Origin: a virus
DNA: 64,000 bases
IMG/VR virus record: IMGVR_UViG_3300023181_000028
Coordinates: 1-64,000 of that record
Strand: one strand, 5' to 3'
Both the position numbers and the translations under genes were made by a program. The notes beneath the pieces were generated by a model. That model searched no databases. It was given only the letters and a program-made list of their open reading frames with translations, and had not been told where the DNA came from. The stretch's first letter is position 1. Every line of letters starts with the position of its first letter. Of this stretch, positions 37,186-47,195 are shown piece after piece.

Positions 37186-37894
37186 AGAGAAAATAGAATC
37201 AGTTTGCCGCGCAGTTGAAATATATATTCAATCTAGCGCCTATTACAAAGAATGTATTATCGGAGGAAACTTTTCAGGCAGGTTTAATGAGTTTTTAACT
37301 CAAGAAATTTGTAATCAAATAGTTAGGCAACATGAAAAGTTATTAAGCCAACTAAAAGCATCAGAATACGAAAATGGACATTTGTCTGGCAAAGTTTCTG
37401 ATTTAGTAAGGTACATATCTGACCTTGATGAAGACTTTAAAAAAGAAGACGCGCGGAATAACGAACTCACTGATAAGGTGGCGGAATTAGAGTTAGGTAT
37501 AGGCATATTGGAAGATAATTTAGATGCAGCTCAGGAGAAGATTTCGGAATATGAAGAAGCGATAGGGTTAAAATCTAAGCATATTCAACAATATCACGAT
37601 TCTTTGTTAAATAAAGATATCGAAATTCGTAAATGGCGAGAATTAGTTGAAAATATGAAATCAAACCACGCTAAAGAAACTGATAGTATTAGAGGGGATC
37701 ATTGCGATTATTTAAAAAAGGTATTGGGAGAGATGCAAATCATTAAGGGTTACAATCAGAATTTAATAAATGAATTAAGGCGTTGCAGAACACATATGCT
37801 TGAAGCTGGATTTCATTCTCAGTCAGCGCCTATAACCGCGTTAGATCAAACAATACGTCAAAACACAATTGAATTAGGAGAACTTAGAGATTAA
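37178..37894 (+). CDS. coiled-coil hypothetical protein
   Basis: 238 aa heptad-rich. Confidence 0.75.
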   Translation: MTKEKIESVCRAVEIYIQSSAYYKECIIGGNFSGRFNEFLTQEICNQIVRQHEKLLSQLKASEYENGHLSGKVSDLVRYISDLDEDFKKEDARNNELTDKVAELELGIGILEDNLDAAQEKISEYEEAIGLKSKHIQQYHDSLLNKDIEIRKWRELVENMKSNHAKETDSIRGDHCDYLKKVLGEMQIIKGYNQNLINELRRCRTHMLEAGFHSQSAPITALDQTIRQNTIELGELRD

Positions 37895-37909
37895 TAAAAT
37901 AAAGGCTAA

Positions 37910-39316
37910 CTACTCGTACTTGCCAGTTTTCGGATTCCAAGTGTATTGATAACCATTCTGAGTTACAGTAGTGGGTCTATCTCCGCCACCCTCTTGAGGA
38001 GCATCAGCCATTAATTTAGATTTAGCAATATGGGCTTGTTGATTAAAAGCACCCGCATAACTTGAGTTCAATTCCACAGGCATAAAGCTCTTAACCTTAA
38101 CCATTTTTACATCTTCTCCCTTGCCATTAGCCTGTGTAATCAATTCAGCATTCTTATTCCATTCCGGTACAATCTCTTCTCCCTGAAAAGGATTCCAATT
38201 GCCATCATCGTATATCCCTTTCTCCTTAGCCACCTCTAAAGGAAGATAAGTGTAAGTTTCTACAAGTTTCTGTCTGCGTCCGCCAGCCTCTACATATTTA
38301 TGTCCGCCAGTGTAATAAATCCTATTACCTGTTATATCCAAAGGATTTTGACCCTTATTATCATAAATAATAGCTTTAGGTTTAGAGCCATAAGTTTGTT
38401 CTAAGAACTCAGGGCTAACCACACCTTCCTGGCGGTTAACAAAAGCGTCCTGATAAGCATTACTTGGATTTGCAATACCACTTGATTCTAATTTATTCTT
38501 ATACCCGGCAACTGTTAACGCATCACTTAATCCATAATCCCCAAAATCTCTCTTCTTAGGCACGTGAGCATTAATACCCTGTTCAATGTATGTCAATGGG
38601 TCTAAACCTTGTTTACGGGCTTCTATATCAATTTGGCGCTTATTCTGAGAATACATTTGCGTGGCAACCGCGCGTAATGACGTTGGGTCTGCAAATTCTT
38701 CATAAGCATTCCTTCCTCCCTTAATAGGTTTAGTCTTTAAATCCTTAAAGCTATTTCCTGTTTCCTGAAAAGCCTTGTTTATATCAATGAAGTCTCTAGG
38801 TTTCTGATATACAAACGCCTGTTTACCTTGTAACTTAGCAGCCTCTTCACCAGCTTGATTACCATATTTGAGATAATTTTGCCATTGGCCTTGCAAATCA
38901 TTGTAGGCTTGTGTATCATGTTGCTGAGGGTTCTTTGCAACTTCCGCCAAATCCTGTAAATAAGATTTATATGCACTATCAGAAGCAAGTCCTCTCAATA
39001 ATGTAGGATTGTCTTTAAGCGAACGTTTAAGTTCATTCAATTGCATTCTCTTGTCCACGTTAGTAGCCCAATCAGGATTCTCGCGGACAAATGAACCTAT
39101 CTTTTTAATAGTCGATTGAGATTCTAATTTTACAAGAGGATTATCATGCCCATTTATAGCATTCTGATAGTTAAGATCATCAGAGAAAAGTCGTGCTTTC
39201 TGGGCGGCCATAGCTTTTGCTCTAGCATCAGCTTGCTCATTATAACGAGCATCATTTATTTTCTGATCGAACTGTAAGTCAACTGCAAGTCCATTTATTG
39301 TACCAATCTCTGCCAT
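37910..39316 (-). CDS. putative virion ejection/cargo protein
   Basis: 468 aa; position between tail stabiliser and giant protein. Confidence 0.7.
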   Translation of the reverse strand: MAEIGTINGLAVDLQFDQKINDARYNEQADARAKAMAAQKARLFSDDLNYQNAINGHDNPLVKLESQSTIKKIGSFVRENPDWATNVDKRMQLNELKRSLKDNPTLLRGLASDSAYKSYLQDLAEVAKNPQQHDTQAYNDLQGQWQNYLKYGNQAGEEAAKLQGKQAFVYQKPRDFIDINKAFQETGNSFKDLKTKPIKGGRNAYEEFADPTSLRAVATQMYSQNKRQIDIEARKQGLDPLTYIEQGINAHVPKKRDFGDYGLSDALTVAGYKNKLESSGIANPSNAYQDAFVNRQEGVVSPEFLEQTYGSKPKAIIYDNKGQNPLDITGNRIYYTGGHKYVEAGGRRQKLVETYTYLPLEVAKEKGIYDDGNWNPFQGEEIVPEWNKNAELITQANGKGEDVKMVKVKSFMPVELNSSYAGAFNQQAHIAKSKLMADAPQEGGGDRPTTVTQNGYQYTWNPKTGKYE

Positions 39317-41295
39317 TAAATACCGTTTAAATAAGAGTTATCAATGTTAGTTCTGTTTGCAATAGCCCTTTTCTCAGCTTCGTATCGGCCAGCTCCAACT
39401 AAGTTGCTTAAACCTGTCCCGACCAAGTTAGCCCCTGCTTGCTGTGATTGTTGCCATCCTGTTAGTTTATCATTGAAGAGTCTACGAGACAGATCAACTT
39501 TCTGCAATCTTAGATTATCCGCGCTAGCAGCAATATTATCAGCCTCTCTTTGCTTCTGTAACTGTAATTGTCTGTTTGCCACAGAACTTGCTAAACCTCT
39601 TCCAAATGAATCATTTAAAGCGCTACGTTCCATGCCATAAGCATTCGCCGCGCTACCTCCACTATAATTCCTTGCTCCAAACCTTTGCGAAGCTGTGACA
39701 TTAGCATTGTTGTTATTAATCACCGCCTGTTCTTCCGGTGTAAATCCATAAGAAGCCCTTTGATAAGCATTTGCAGCACGATTATCTGCGTTGTTTAATG
39801 ATATTTGATAGTTAGGGTCAATTGAATCAACAGGTCTATCTCCTGCCTTTCTAAGGTAGTTTAAGCCTATTCCTGTTTGTAATAATGGAACTCCGTAATT
39901 TAACGCTGTAGATAATCCACTTCCAATAGCTGAATAGTTAGGTGTAGTTGAAGGGGTGGTTTCCGCCAATCTCGTGGCTAGTTCAGCTTCATAAGGGGCT
40001 AAATTAGCAGCGTCATCAATAGCACTATCTCCTTTTGTCACTGCCGCCGAAACCCCCTTAGCTAATCCGCTTGTAGGCGCTGTGATTGCATTGTCAATAT
40101 CCTGATTAGCCATTGTCTCTGCTAAGCTCTCAGAAGCATTACTTGATTTACTTATAGGCACCTTGCTACTTAATGAATTGCTTAATCCTTTTCCTGTTAC
40201 AGATGTAGTGGAAGTTTTAGGGATCTCAATACCTAATTTTTTAGCTAAATCTTGTTGGTATTTCTCAGGGCTTGAGCGATCAATTGTTCCTGTCTTGTAA
40301 GTTGCATCCAGAGAATCAATCTTCCCTTTTGTATATTTTAATATTGCTTCATTCTTAGCTTTGTTAGCAGGATCTTTATCCGCCAAAGCCTTATTTCTTA
40401 AAGCATATAAAGATTCAACCTTTGATAGGTATTCCTCTGTTTTGCCGTCTTTAATATTTTTAGTGTCAGGCTTCTCTACTCCCCCGCCTTTAGCATATCC
40501 TTTAACCTTACCTCCCTTGTTCATATAACCTCTAAGGTCATTCTGGGCATCCGGCGACAAGTCATCTAAATCTATTCCATTAGCTTCAATCTCCTCCACT
40601 TCCTCAGGAGTGAATAAATGTTCCCCATTTGAAAGTTTAACAGCAATGGCTTTGTCTTGGTTTAAATCAGCTTTACTATTCTCATCTTCACCTAACACTT
40701 CTTTACGAATAACCTCTGCCACCTTAGCGTTTTTCTTAGGTACAATATGCGAACCCTCTTTAACCTTAGCCTTAATACTATCAGATGTACCCGTTCCTTT
40801 ACCGACAACTTTACCTCCCTTGCTATATGAATTTCTACTTGCTAATTGATTAGCTAAATTACTATTGAATAATGTAGAGTTCTTAGCGTTTATTTCAGCC
40901 AGATTCTCTTCCTCATTTAATGTATTAATATCACTATTAGATTTATCAGCGTCCCTAAAGCCTTTAATAGCGCCTAGTGTTCCGCCAGCCAATAACCCTA
41001 TTCCACCACCTATCAATGTCCCAACTCCCGGCACCACTGAACCAATAGTTGCTCCTAATGAAGCGCCTTTGCCAGCAGCTTTTAATCCGCCGGATAGCGC
41101 AGCTTTGTTAGCGTCAATCATTCCGGCATCGTTAGGATTGTTTGTAGCGTCGATAAGAGAACCTGCGCCTGTAGCAAGTGCAGATCCGGCAGCAATAGAA
41201 GGGGAGTATGTATTTAACTTAGGGTCAATATACCCTCCATTGGCATATCCTTTAACTTTCTTAACTAAACCTGATTTCTTTTTAGGATTCTTCAT
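39316..41295 (-). CDS. putative virion ejection/pilot protein
   Basis: YANGG/YSKGG/YAKGG repeats, GKGTGTSDSI, LSNGE, Gly-zipper TM segment; -7 element at 41316-41323. Confidence 0.75.
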   Translation of the reverse strand: MKNPKKKSGLVKKVKGYANGGYIDPKLNTYSPSIAAGSALATGAGSLIDATNNPNDAGMIDANKAALSGGLKAAGKGASLGATIGSVVPGVGTLIGGGIGLLAGGTLGAIKGFRDADKSNSDINTLNEEENLAEINAKNSTLFNSNLANQLASRNSYSKGGKVVGKGTGTSDSIKAKVKEGSHIVPKKNAKVAEVIRKEVLGEDENSKADLNQDKAIAVKLSNGEHLFTPEEVEEIEANGIDLDDLSPDAQNDLRGYMNKGGKVKGYAKGGGVEKPDTKNIKDGKTEEYLSKVESLYALRNKALADKDPANKAKNEAILKYTKGKIDSLDATYKTGTIDRSSPEKYQQDLAKKLGIEIPKTSTTSVTGKGLSNSLSSKVPISKSSNASESLAETMANQDIDNAITAPTSGLAKGVSAAVTKGDSAIDDAANLAPYEAELATRLAETTPSTTPNYSAIGSGLSTALNYGVPLLQTGIGLNYLRKAGDRPVDSIDPNYQISLNNADNRAANAYQRASYGFTPEEQAVINNNNANVTASQRFGARNYSGGSAANAYGMERSALNDSFGRGLASSVANRQLQLQKQREADNIAASADNLRLQKVDLSRRLFNDKLTGWQQSQQAGANLVGTGLSNLVGAGRYEAEKRAIANRTNIDNSYLNGI

Positions 41296-41357
41296 TCGTA
41301 ATGAATTGATAATCTCAAAAGTAAGGATTTTTTCAATCTCTTGCTATTAAAGATTTA

Positions 41358-41410
41358 TTACAGATTTTGTAAGGAAATGCAATGGTTGTAAATTATTACA
41401 ATAATTGTAA
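41358..41410. promoter_or_regulatory. paired TTACA-N5-TGTAA palindromes (41358-41372, 41396-41410), locus 3
   Basis: 38 bp period; ends 8 bp upstream of ECF-like -35. Confidence 0.85.
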
Positions 41411-41418
41411 TAGAATAT

Positions 41419-41447
41419 TGCAACCTTTTATAATTAGCTTCGTTAAA
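41419..41447 (+). promoter_or_regulatory. ECF-like promoter TGCAAC-N16-CGTTAAA
   Basis: heads inverted 3-gene island. Confidence 0.8.
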
Positions 41448-41457
41448 GTACATAATT

Positions 41458-42201
41458 ATGATATTAATAGGTTCAAAAGCAATTAAACACCATTACCCTG
41501 AGTTTCCAAGAGAACCTAAGGATATAGATTACATAGTTAACACTAATAGTAATCTAAAAAGCGGCAACGGGATAGAGTATCTTCAAAATCCAATAATATA
41601 TAACAGATACAAGCCTTTTACTAATACCATTGTGTCTAAAGACGATTTAGCCACTATAAAAGCATCTCACCTTTTTTGGGATATAAAATGGGAAAAGCAC
41701 ATGTTTGATCTACAATTCTTACTTAAAAATGATTGCGAGATAAACGAAGAGTTGTTTTTTAAATTATACGAATACTGGAACGGTTTTCACAGCAAAAACA
41801 AAAGGAGTGACCTTAAAATGTCTAAAGAAGACTTTTTTACCAACAAAATAAATTACAGCCAGAATCAACATGACGACCTCCACAAAATAATAAATCCTAA
41901 TCCGGTTTATGAGATGTGTCTTTTGGACGGAAAGGAAGTTGAATTAGATGAAAATAAATTTAATTCTTTGTCACATGAAAATAAGTTGGAATTTGTAAGA
42001 GAAGAAGTTATGGTAATGGCATACGAAAGATATTCTGAATTAGGATACAAAATAGCTTATTCTAAAATGCTTAAAAAATTCATTATTAGTCACGCACCGT
42101 TGTTTTCTTTAATATTCATTTTAGAGAATTTCATTGAACTACATAAACCAAAATACAACTATATAAAACAAATAAACAATGGACTACAAAAAAATCAATG
42201 A
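41458..42201 (+). CDS. nucleotidyltransferase-like protein (Pol-beta superfamily GS...DxD)
   Basis: LIGSKA...PKDIDYI, IEY, IKASH...KH..D; helical C-terminal domain with HDDLH. Confidence 0.7.
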   Translation: MILIGSKAIKHHYPEFPREPKDIDYIVNTNSNLKSGNGIEYLQNPIIYNRYKPFTNTIVSKDDLATIKASHLFWDIKWEKHMFDLQFLLKNDCEINEELFFKLYEYWNGFHSKNKRSDLKMSKEDFFTNKINYSQNQHDDLHKIINPNPVYEMCLLDGKEVELDENKFNSLSHENKLEFVREEVMVMAYERYSELGYKIAYSKMLKKFIISHAPLFSLIFILENFIELHKPKYNYIKQINNGLQKNQ

Positions 42202-42421
42202 GGCGTTGAGAGATATTTCCGCAATTAGAAACAAAAAAGCCGTTGAAACGGTTAAAACAGATGAAGATACGACCGACGAGGTTTATCCATCAGAAATTGA
42301 AGATGTTTTTATCAAACTAACAGTGACAACAGATTCATATGGCGATAATGAAAAAATAACATCTATTCAATTTGTTTCGCCTGTTACAAAAAACATTACT
42401 AATTACGAACCAATAAAATAA
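42179..42421 (+). CDS. small acidic protein, paralogue 1
   Basis: VFIKLTVTTDSYGD...VSPVTKNITNYE. Confidence 0.75.
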   Translation: MDYKKINEALRDISAIRNKKAVETVKTDEDTTDEVYPSEIEDVFIKLTVTTDSYGDNEKITSIQFVSPVTKNITNYEPIK

Positions 42422-42426
42422 AAACA

Positions 42427-42726
42427 ATGGAAAAGCTTACGGGAGAACAAATTATTGAAATTTTAAAAAAATCAGACATTGAGTTAAAAGAATTTGCTTA
42501 TGGAGATTTTGATTCAAATGCTTTGGGATTAGGTGAATGGGAAGAGGTAGATCAAAAGGGGGGAGAGGGAGAAGGCGAAAGCTGGCACTCCGTTAAACAT
42601 TTTAAAGATCATGATGTATATCTACGAATAGATGGACATTACACCTCTTACGACGGAACAGATTTTTACGGTTCTGAAATCGAAGAAGTTAAGCCGAAGC
42701 AAAAAACAATCACAGTATATGAATAA
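42427..42726 (+). CDS. small acidic protein, paralogue 2
   Basis: GGEGEGE...VYLRIDGHYTSYDG...VKPKQKTITVYE. Confidence 0.8.
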   Translation: MEKLTGEQIIEILKKSDIELKEFAYGDFDSNALGLGEWEEVDQKGGEGEGESWHSVKHFKDHDVYLRIDGHYTSYDGTDFYGSEIEEVKPKQKTITVYE

Positions 42727-42732
42727 GAATAT

Positions 42733-42756
42733 AGGCGGCTAACAACCGCCTTTTTT
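42733..42756 (+). terminator. intrinsic terminator closing the island
   Basis: AGGCGG-loop-CCGCCTTTTTT. Confidence 0.85.
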
Positions 42757-42758
42757 CA

Positions 42759-45700
42759 TTACCTCTTACTCTCAAAGAAGCTAGTCACTAATCTTAAAAT
42801 CTTAACACCTCTACTCACAACGCGCGGATCAGTATTCCAGTTTTTCTTGCGGAATGTCATAAGTAGATAAGAATTAGTTATACGACCTGCTCTTGATAAA
42901 GGGAGGTTACTTGTTATCTTATCGTATATCTTGCGGTAAAACCTGCTTGTAGACCTTATATTAACATCCTGAGCGGTTTGATCTTCCGCCTCAATATACA
43001 AGTCAGTGATATTCTCCATATTACCCTCCTGCTCTATATTTAATACAGAGAAAGGGTTTTGACTTCTTGGATTAACTACAAACTGCAATAGATTATTAAT
43101 AACCTGACCAAACACACTATTATACAAATAATCAGGTGCCACCGCTTGTCCTAACAATCTTGGCTGGTTATCCACCCACAATTCATTAGTTTGATTGATC
43201 TTAGCCCAATAAATAGAGCCTGGATAACCAGGAACTTCATCCCCAACTCCCGGATATGAAGCGATATCAACTTCCGCAATACAGATATACTCAGCATTCA
43301 TATAAGGAACTACATCTCCAACCTCAAACAGAGTGCCGTTCATTCCGGTTCCGTAGTACTTAACCTTATTCTTAGGATTGTTCGCATGAATTACAATTTG
43401 ATTATGGTTCCAACTTATCGCCGGAGTTTTATCGTAAAACCCTATAAATTGCTTGTCAGTGTGACTGTATCCAATAGTGAAGTCTTTGTTGTATTTTACT
43501 GTAACGCCTCTCTGAATGAACTTAAAAGTTAAATAAGTCATTTTAAACTTAGGATCATACACTCCACAAACACCCACTCCAATTAATGGCCTATCACTAT
43601 ACTTAGTAAACATAGGATCATTCAATAGATTATTAGAGATAGCCGAAGTATTGCCTATAACCTCTAAAAAAGCCTCGTTAAAGAATCCTTCTAATCCTTC
43701 TACCTTGCTTATCTCAGACACACCTTCGCCTAAACTAAGGGTAACTACAGCCTTTCTGCGCATATCAAACCACGCCCAGCCATATTCAGTGGCAGTTAAT
43801 CCCCATTGGTGCTGATTACCATAATAAGATGTTACAGGATCAAATCTTTCCACTACTCCTCCGGTTCCTAATGAGGTTTCTGCCCCATCTAAACCACTTA
43901 TCAATTGTCTTTCTAAAATAGGAATTAAGTCAATTGCAGAATTTTGCCATACAAACGTTCTACCATCCTTAGTCCTTAAATTATTAATCTCTCCACCATG
44001 CCCGTCAGTATCTTTCCTATCGTTAATAAGAAACGTTCTGAATGAATTAATAAGTTCGCCCGGAAACTTCTCTCCGCCAAACCTAATTCTATATCTGAAT
44101 GTGTTAGATGTTGAATAGTTTAAAGGAAGTGCCGGATAAGCCACGAAGTTACCATCACTTGAATATCCCTGATTATATTGAAAACCTTCTAATTGACTAC
44201 TTGTTCCTAGCTTATAGTAAATCCCATTGCCCGGAGTCGGATTAGAATGCATGAAATCAGGAGCAATCTTTCTTTTTGGAACACCTGTCCTTAAAGCGTA
44301 GTTAGCATTTGATTGACAAGGGAACTTAATACCCCATGAATAAGAACCCGTAGGGCTTCCATCAATAGGTTTTACAGCAGCATCATCATATAATGCGTAT
44401 CCATAATCCACTAACTGAGTGAAGCAATCTCCTCCAAATACCTCTACGTCATTAAATACATAGTTGCCACCAGACAATGTATCAGCTAATACAGCAGGTG
44501 TTATAGGTTGAAAATGTCCTGTTGAAATATAATTAGTGGTGGATAAAGCCGCCTCCGAATTACCTCCGTATTGGTTAGTTTTAGTATTAATAATGTTAAC
44601 CATCATTTTTCTCACTCCTGAGTTAGGAATAGAAGCATAGGTAGTGGCAACGTTATAGTCTAATAAAGTATCATCTGTAAGCTCTAAAATAGCTCTTAAT
44701 CCTCCGACTCCCACAGTATTTAAAGGAAGTGTATTAGTAGTATTAGGAACTCCGCTAAAGCATTCAGTATCTATATTTACAGCATTACCCGTATCAGTTA
44801 CATTTTGATAATAAATAGTTGTATTTGAGAATTGAGCAAGGTTAGCCTTCTCCGCTACATCAAACTTACTTTTAATAACTTCTGTTTGAGGCTCTGCCCC
44901 AGCATATCCTAATGTATCAAAATACTTAGTTTCAAACTCATTACTAGCAGGAGTGACAGATTTTAAATACCCAGCATCACCTAATTGGTTTTGAGCTTGA
45001 TCGCGCGGTCCAACCCAATAAGCCTCTTCAATAGACAACGAACCATCCGAAATACCATCTCCAAAATTAGTTATAGGGAAGTCAACTAAGTTGTCAGGGC
45101 AAATGAATGAATAAAACTTAGCCCTACTCCCCGGCGAATTGTCTTTACTTAACTTATGAACAGAGGCAGGTTGAATAACTGTATATCCAGATACTGTAGC
45201 ATAAGAATCAGTGGTTTGAAATAATAACCCTTGAGTTAATATCTTAGGATCTCTTTCCGCTCTCACAATACTAAACCCTGATATTTGCGCGGCAATCTCT
45301 GGTGAAATAGTGATACCGCTAAATCTAACTCCCGTCTGTAATGTATACAGAACATTTCCATCATTATCAGCTTCTATTAAAGTTGGCCCGCCATTACCTA
45401 AAAAAGGAACTGAATTACCATAAGCAGTTTCAATATCCGCTAAATGTCTTACGTAAAAAGGATTTCCCTTTAAATCATAAAACAATATTCCATATCTATA
45501 TTTATCACCCTCCCATATACCCTTTACATGGTGAGCAACTGTAGGATCTTTATAATCCCAATATCCCGAACTTAACAATAAAGCATCAGGGCGTGGAGTA
45601 CCACCTGTAGTAGTATATTTATTCCTACTTGCACATGGCCCTATGGTGCTTCCTAATGGAATGGTTACAGTGAAAACACCTGGAACCCCCACAAACACAT

Positions 45701-47195
45701 CTCCCGCATTATAATTATTTCCATTGTAGAATACAGGCCCATTTGAATCATTTGTAACTAACCAATGACTATATGGAGGAATTGCATTAGGCCCCGTAGG
45801 ATTATTAAATGGATCATAGTCTAAAGGAACATATGTCATCACATTTGAACAACTTGGCCCTGCCGCCCAATTATTATCTCTGTGCGCGGGAATAGGGTAG
45901 TCAAACTGTTCAATAGTTACACTTGACTTATCAAAAGCAAACTCTCCTCTTTCTGTAATGTTTCCAATAAGAATATAGTTCTTATTAGTGGTCATTGTTT
46001 TACAGGTCAAAATACTTGCAGGGAATAGCGTTAACTCATTTAAAGTTAAAGTACCTAAGTTTATATTACTTGAATGCTCAAATTGCATAGAAGCACTTGT
46101 AATGGCTTCATCTAAAATAATAGCTAGGTTTCTTGGAACATCCACTAATTGATCGAACTCCGCAACTGCAATCTGTATTCTTTGAAAGTTTAAATCTATA
46201 TTGTTAACAACAAGCACAACACTCTTACCGCTGTTAACTAAGGATGTAGGTGTTCCGCCACCAACGTCATTAAAATAGTCGTTAGAATCACCTAACCTTA
46301 CAGGAACCGGAAAACTACCATAAGACCATGATGTATAAATACCCTCAGTTGGATTACCCAGCCTGTAGAAGTACATTTTATTGCCGCAATACAAACTACC
46401 CGTTCCGTATTGACCAAAATAAATATTACCTAAACTCCTTGAGGGAGTAAAACTTAATAACTGATAAGCTACGTAGCGAATAACCTTTGGAGTGGGAGCT
46501 GTACCTGTAACAGATGTGTAATTAGCATTTACAGCAGTGAATACATTGCCTACAATCGTTCCGGCGACACTTGGCCCATACTGAACCCCATTATGCGTTA
46601 TAACACCCTCTAATACCATGTATTGAGTTCCGGTTATTAATCCACCACTAGCTATATAGGTAGTGTAAATAGGGTTGCCAATGTCAATAACACGCGGTTC
46701 ATTCAAATCGTCAGTCCAATACACCCTTTGAATGTCATCGTTCTCCTGAAAAGCAAAGCCTTCTATTTGTTGGAGTTTAGTAAACTTGAGATCAGAACTG
46801 TGATATAAAGGAACATAACCGTCGTTGTTATTGCCTGCCACTATAACCGGAGCAACACCTTCTCCATAAGGTTGGTAATTAATTAATCCAATCTCCCCAT
46901 ATCCGCCAGCTTCACTTTCGCTATTCGTGGAAAACACTACTAATTTATCAGGGAATGAAATAAAGCCTATTGGCATAGGGGGCAAATCAAATGTAGTTGA
47001 AGTACCACCGTATCGGATATTAATAACAAACGTCCTTACATTACCTAAACAGTCTTTAATCACATAGTTATTACCATCCTGAGATAATAAACTACAATTA
47101 ACACAATGTCTGTATGTACCATCAGGCTGATAAAGGACATTGTAGTCCTTAGTCATACCCTTATTAAATGTGTTTACGTGTGATTGCATTACCAA
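42759..47195 (-). CDS. tail stabilisation/muzzle protein (P22 gp10-like, crAss-type)
   Basis: NTFNKGMTKD start, VYWTD..NEPR, YRYGILFYD.KG, FGGDCF, YGNQHQW. Confidence 0.88.
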   Translation of the reverse strand: MVMQSHVNTFNKGMTKDYNVLYQPDGTYRHCVNCSLLSQDGNNYVIKDCLGNVRTFVINIRYGGTSTTFDLPPMPIGFISFPDKLVVFSTNSESEAGGYGEIGLINYQPYGEGVAPVIVAGNNNDGYVPLYHSSDLKFTKLQQIEGFAFQENDDIQRVYWTDDLNEPRVIDIGNPIYTTYIASGGLITGTQYMVLEGVITHNGVQYGPSVAGTIVGNVFTAVNANYTSVTGTAPTPKVIRYVAYQLLSFTPSRSLGNIYFGQYGTGSLYCGNKMYFYRLGNPTEGIYTSWSYGSFPVPVRLGDSNDYFNDVGGGTPTSLVNSGKSVVLVVNNIDLNFQRIQIAVAEFDQLVDVPRNLAIILDEAITSASMQFEHSSNINLGTLTLNELTLFPASILTCKTMTTNKNYILIGNITERGEFAFDKSSVTIEQFDYPIPAHRDNNWAAGPSCSNVMTYVPLDYDPFNNPTGPNAIPPYSHWLVTNDSNGPVFYNGNNYNAGDVFVGVPGVFTVTIPLGSTIGPCASRNKYTTTGGTPRPDALLLSSGYWDYKDPTVAHHVKGIWEGDKYRYGILFYDLKGNPFYVRHLADIETAYGNSVPFLGNGGPTLIEADNDGNVLYTLQTGVRFSGITISPEIAAQISGFSIVRAERDPKILTQGLLFQTTDSYATVSGYTVIQPASVHKLSKDNSPGSRAKFYSFICPDNLVDFPITNFGDGISDGSLSIEEAYWVGPRDQAQNQLGDAGYLKSVTPASNEFETKYFDTLGYAGAEPQTEVIKSKFDVAEKANLAQFSNTTIYYQNVTDTGNAVNIDTECFSGVPNTTNTLPLNTVGVGGLRAILELTDDTLLDYNVATTYASIPNSGVRKMMVNIINTKTNQYGGNSEAALSTTNYISTGHFQPITPAVLADTLSGGNYVFNDVEVFGGDCFTQLVDYGYALYDDAAVKPIDGSPTGSYSWGIKFPCQSNANYALRTGVPKRKIAPDFMHSNPTPGNGIYYKLGTSSQLEGFQYNQGYSSDGNFVAYPALPLNYSTSNTFRYRIRFGGEKFPGELINSFRTFLINDRKDTDGHGGEINNLRTKDGRTFVWQNSAIDLIPILERQLISGLDGAETSLGTGGVVERFDPVTSYYGNQHQWGLTATEYGWAWFDMRRKAVVTLSLGEGVSEISKVEGLEGFFNEAFLEVIGNTSAISNNLLNDPMFTKYSDRPLIGVGVCGVYDPKFKMTYLTFKFIQRGVTVKYNKDFTIGYSHTDKQFIGFYDKTPAISWNHNQIVIHANNPKNKVKYYGTGMNGTLFEVGDVVPYMNAEYICIAEVDIASYPGVGDEVPGYPGSIYWAKINQTNELWVDNQPRLLGQAVAPDYLYNSVFGQVINNLLQFVVNPRSQNPFSVLNIEQEGNMENITDLYIEAEDQTAQDVNIRSTSRFYRKIYDKITSNLPLSRAGRITNSYLLMTFRKKNWNTDPRVVSRGVKILRLVTSFFESKR

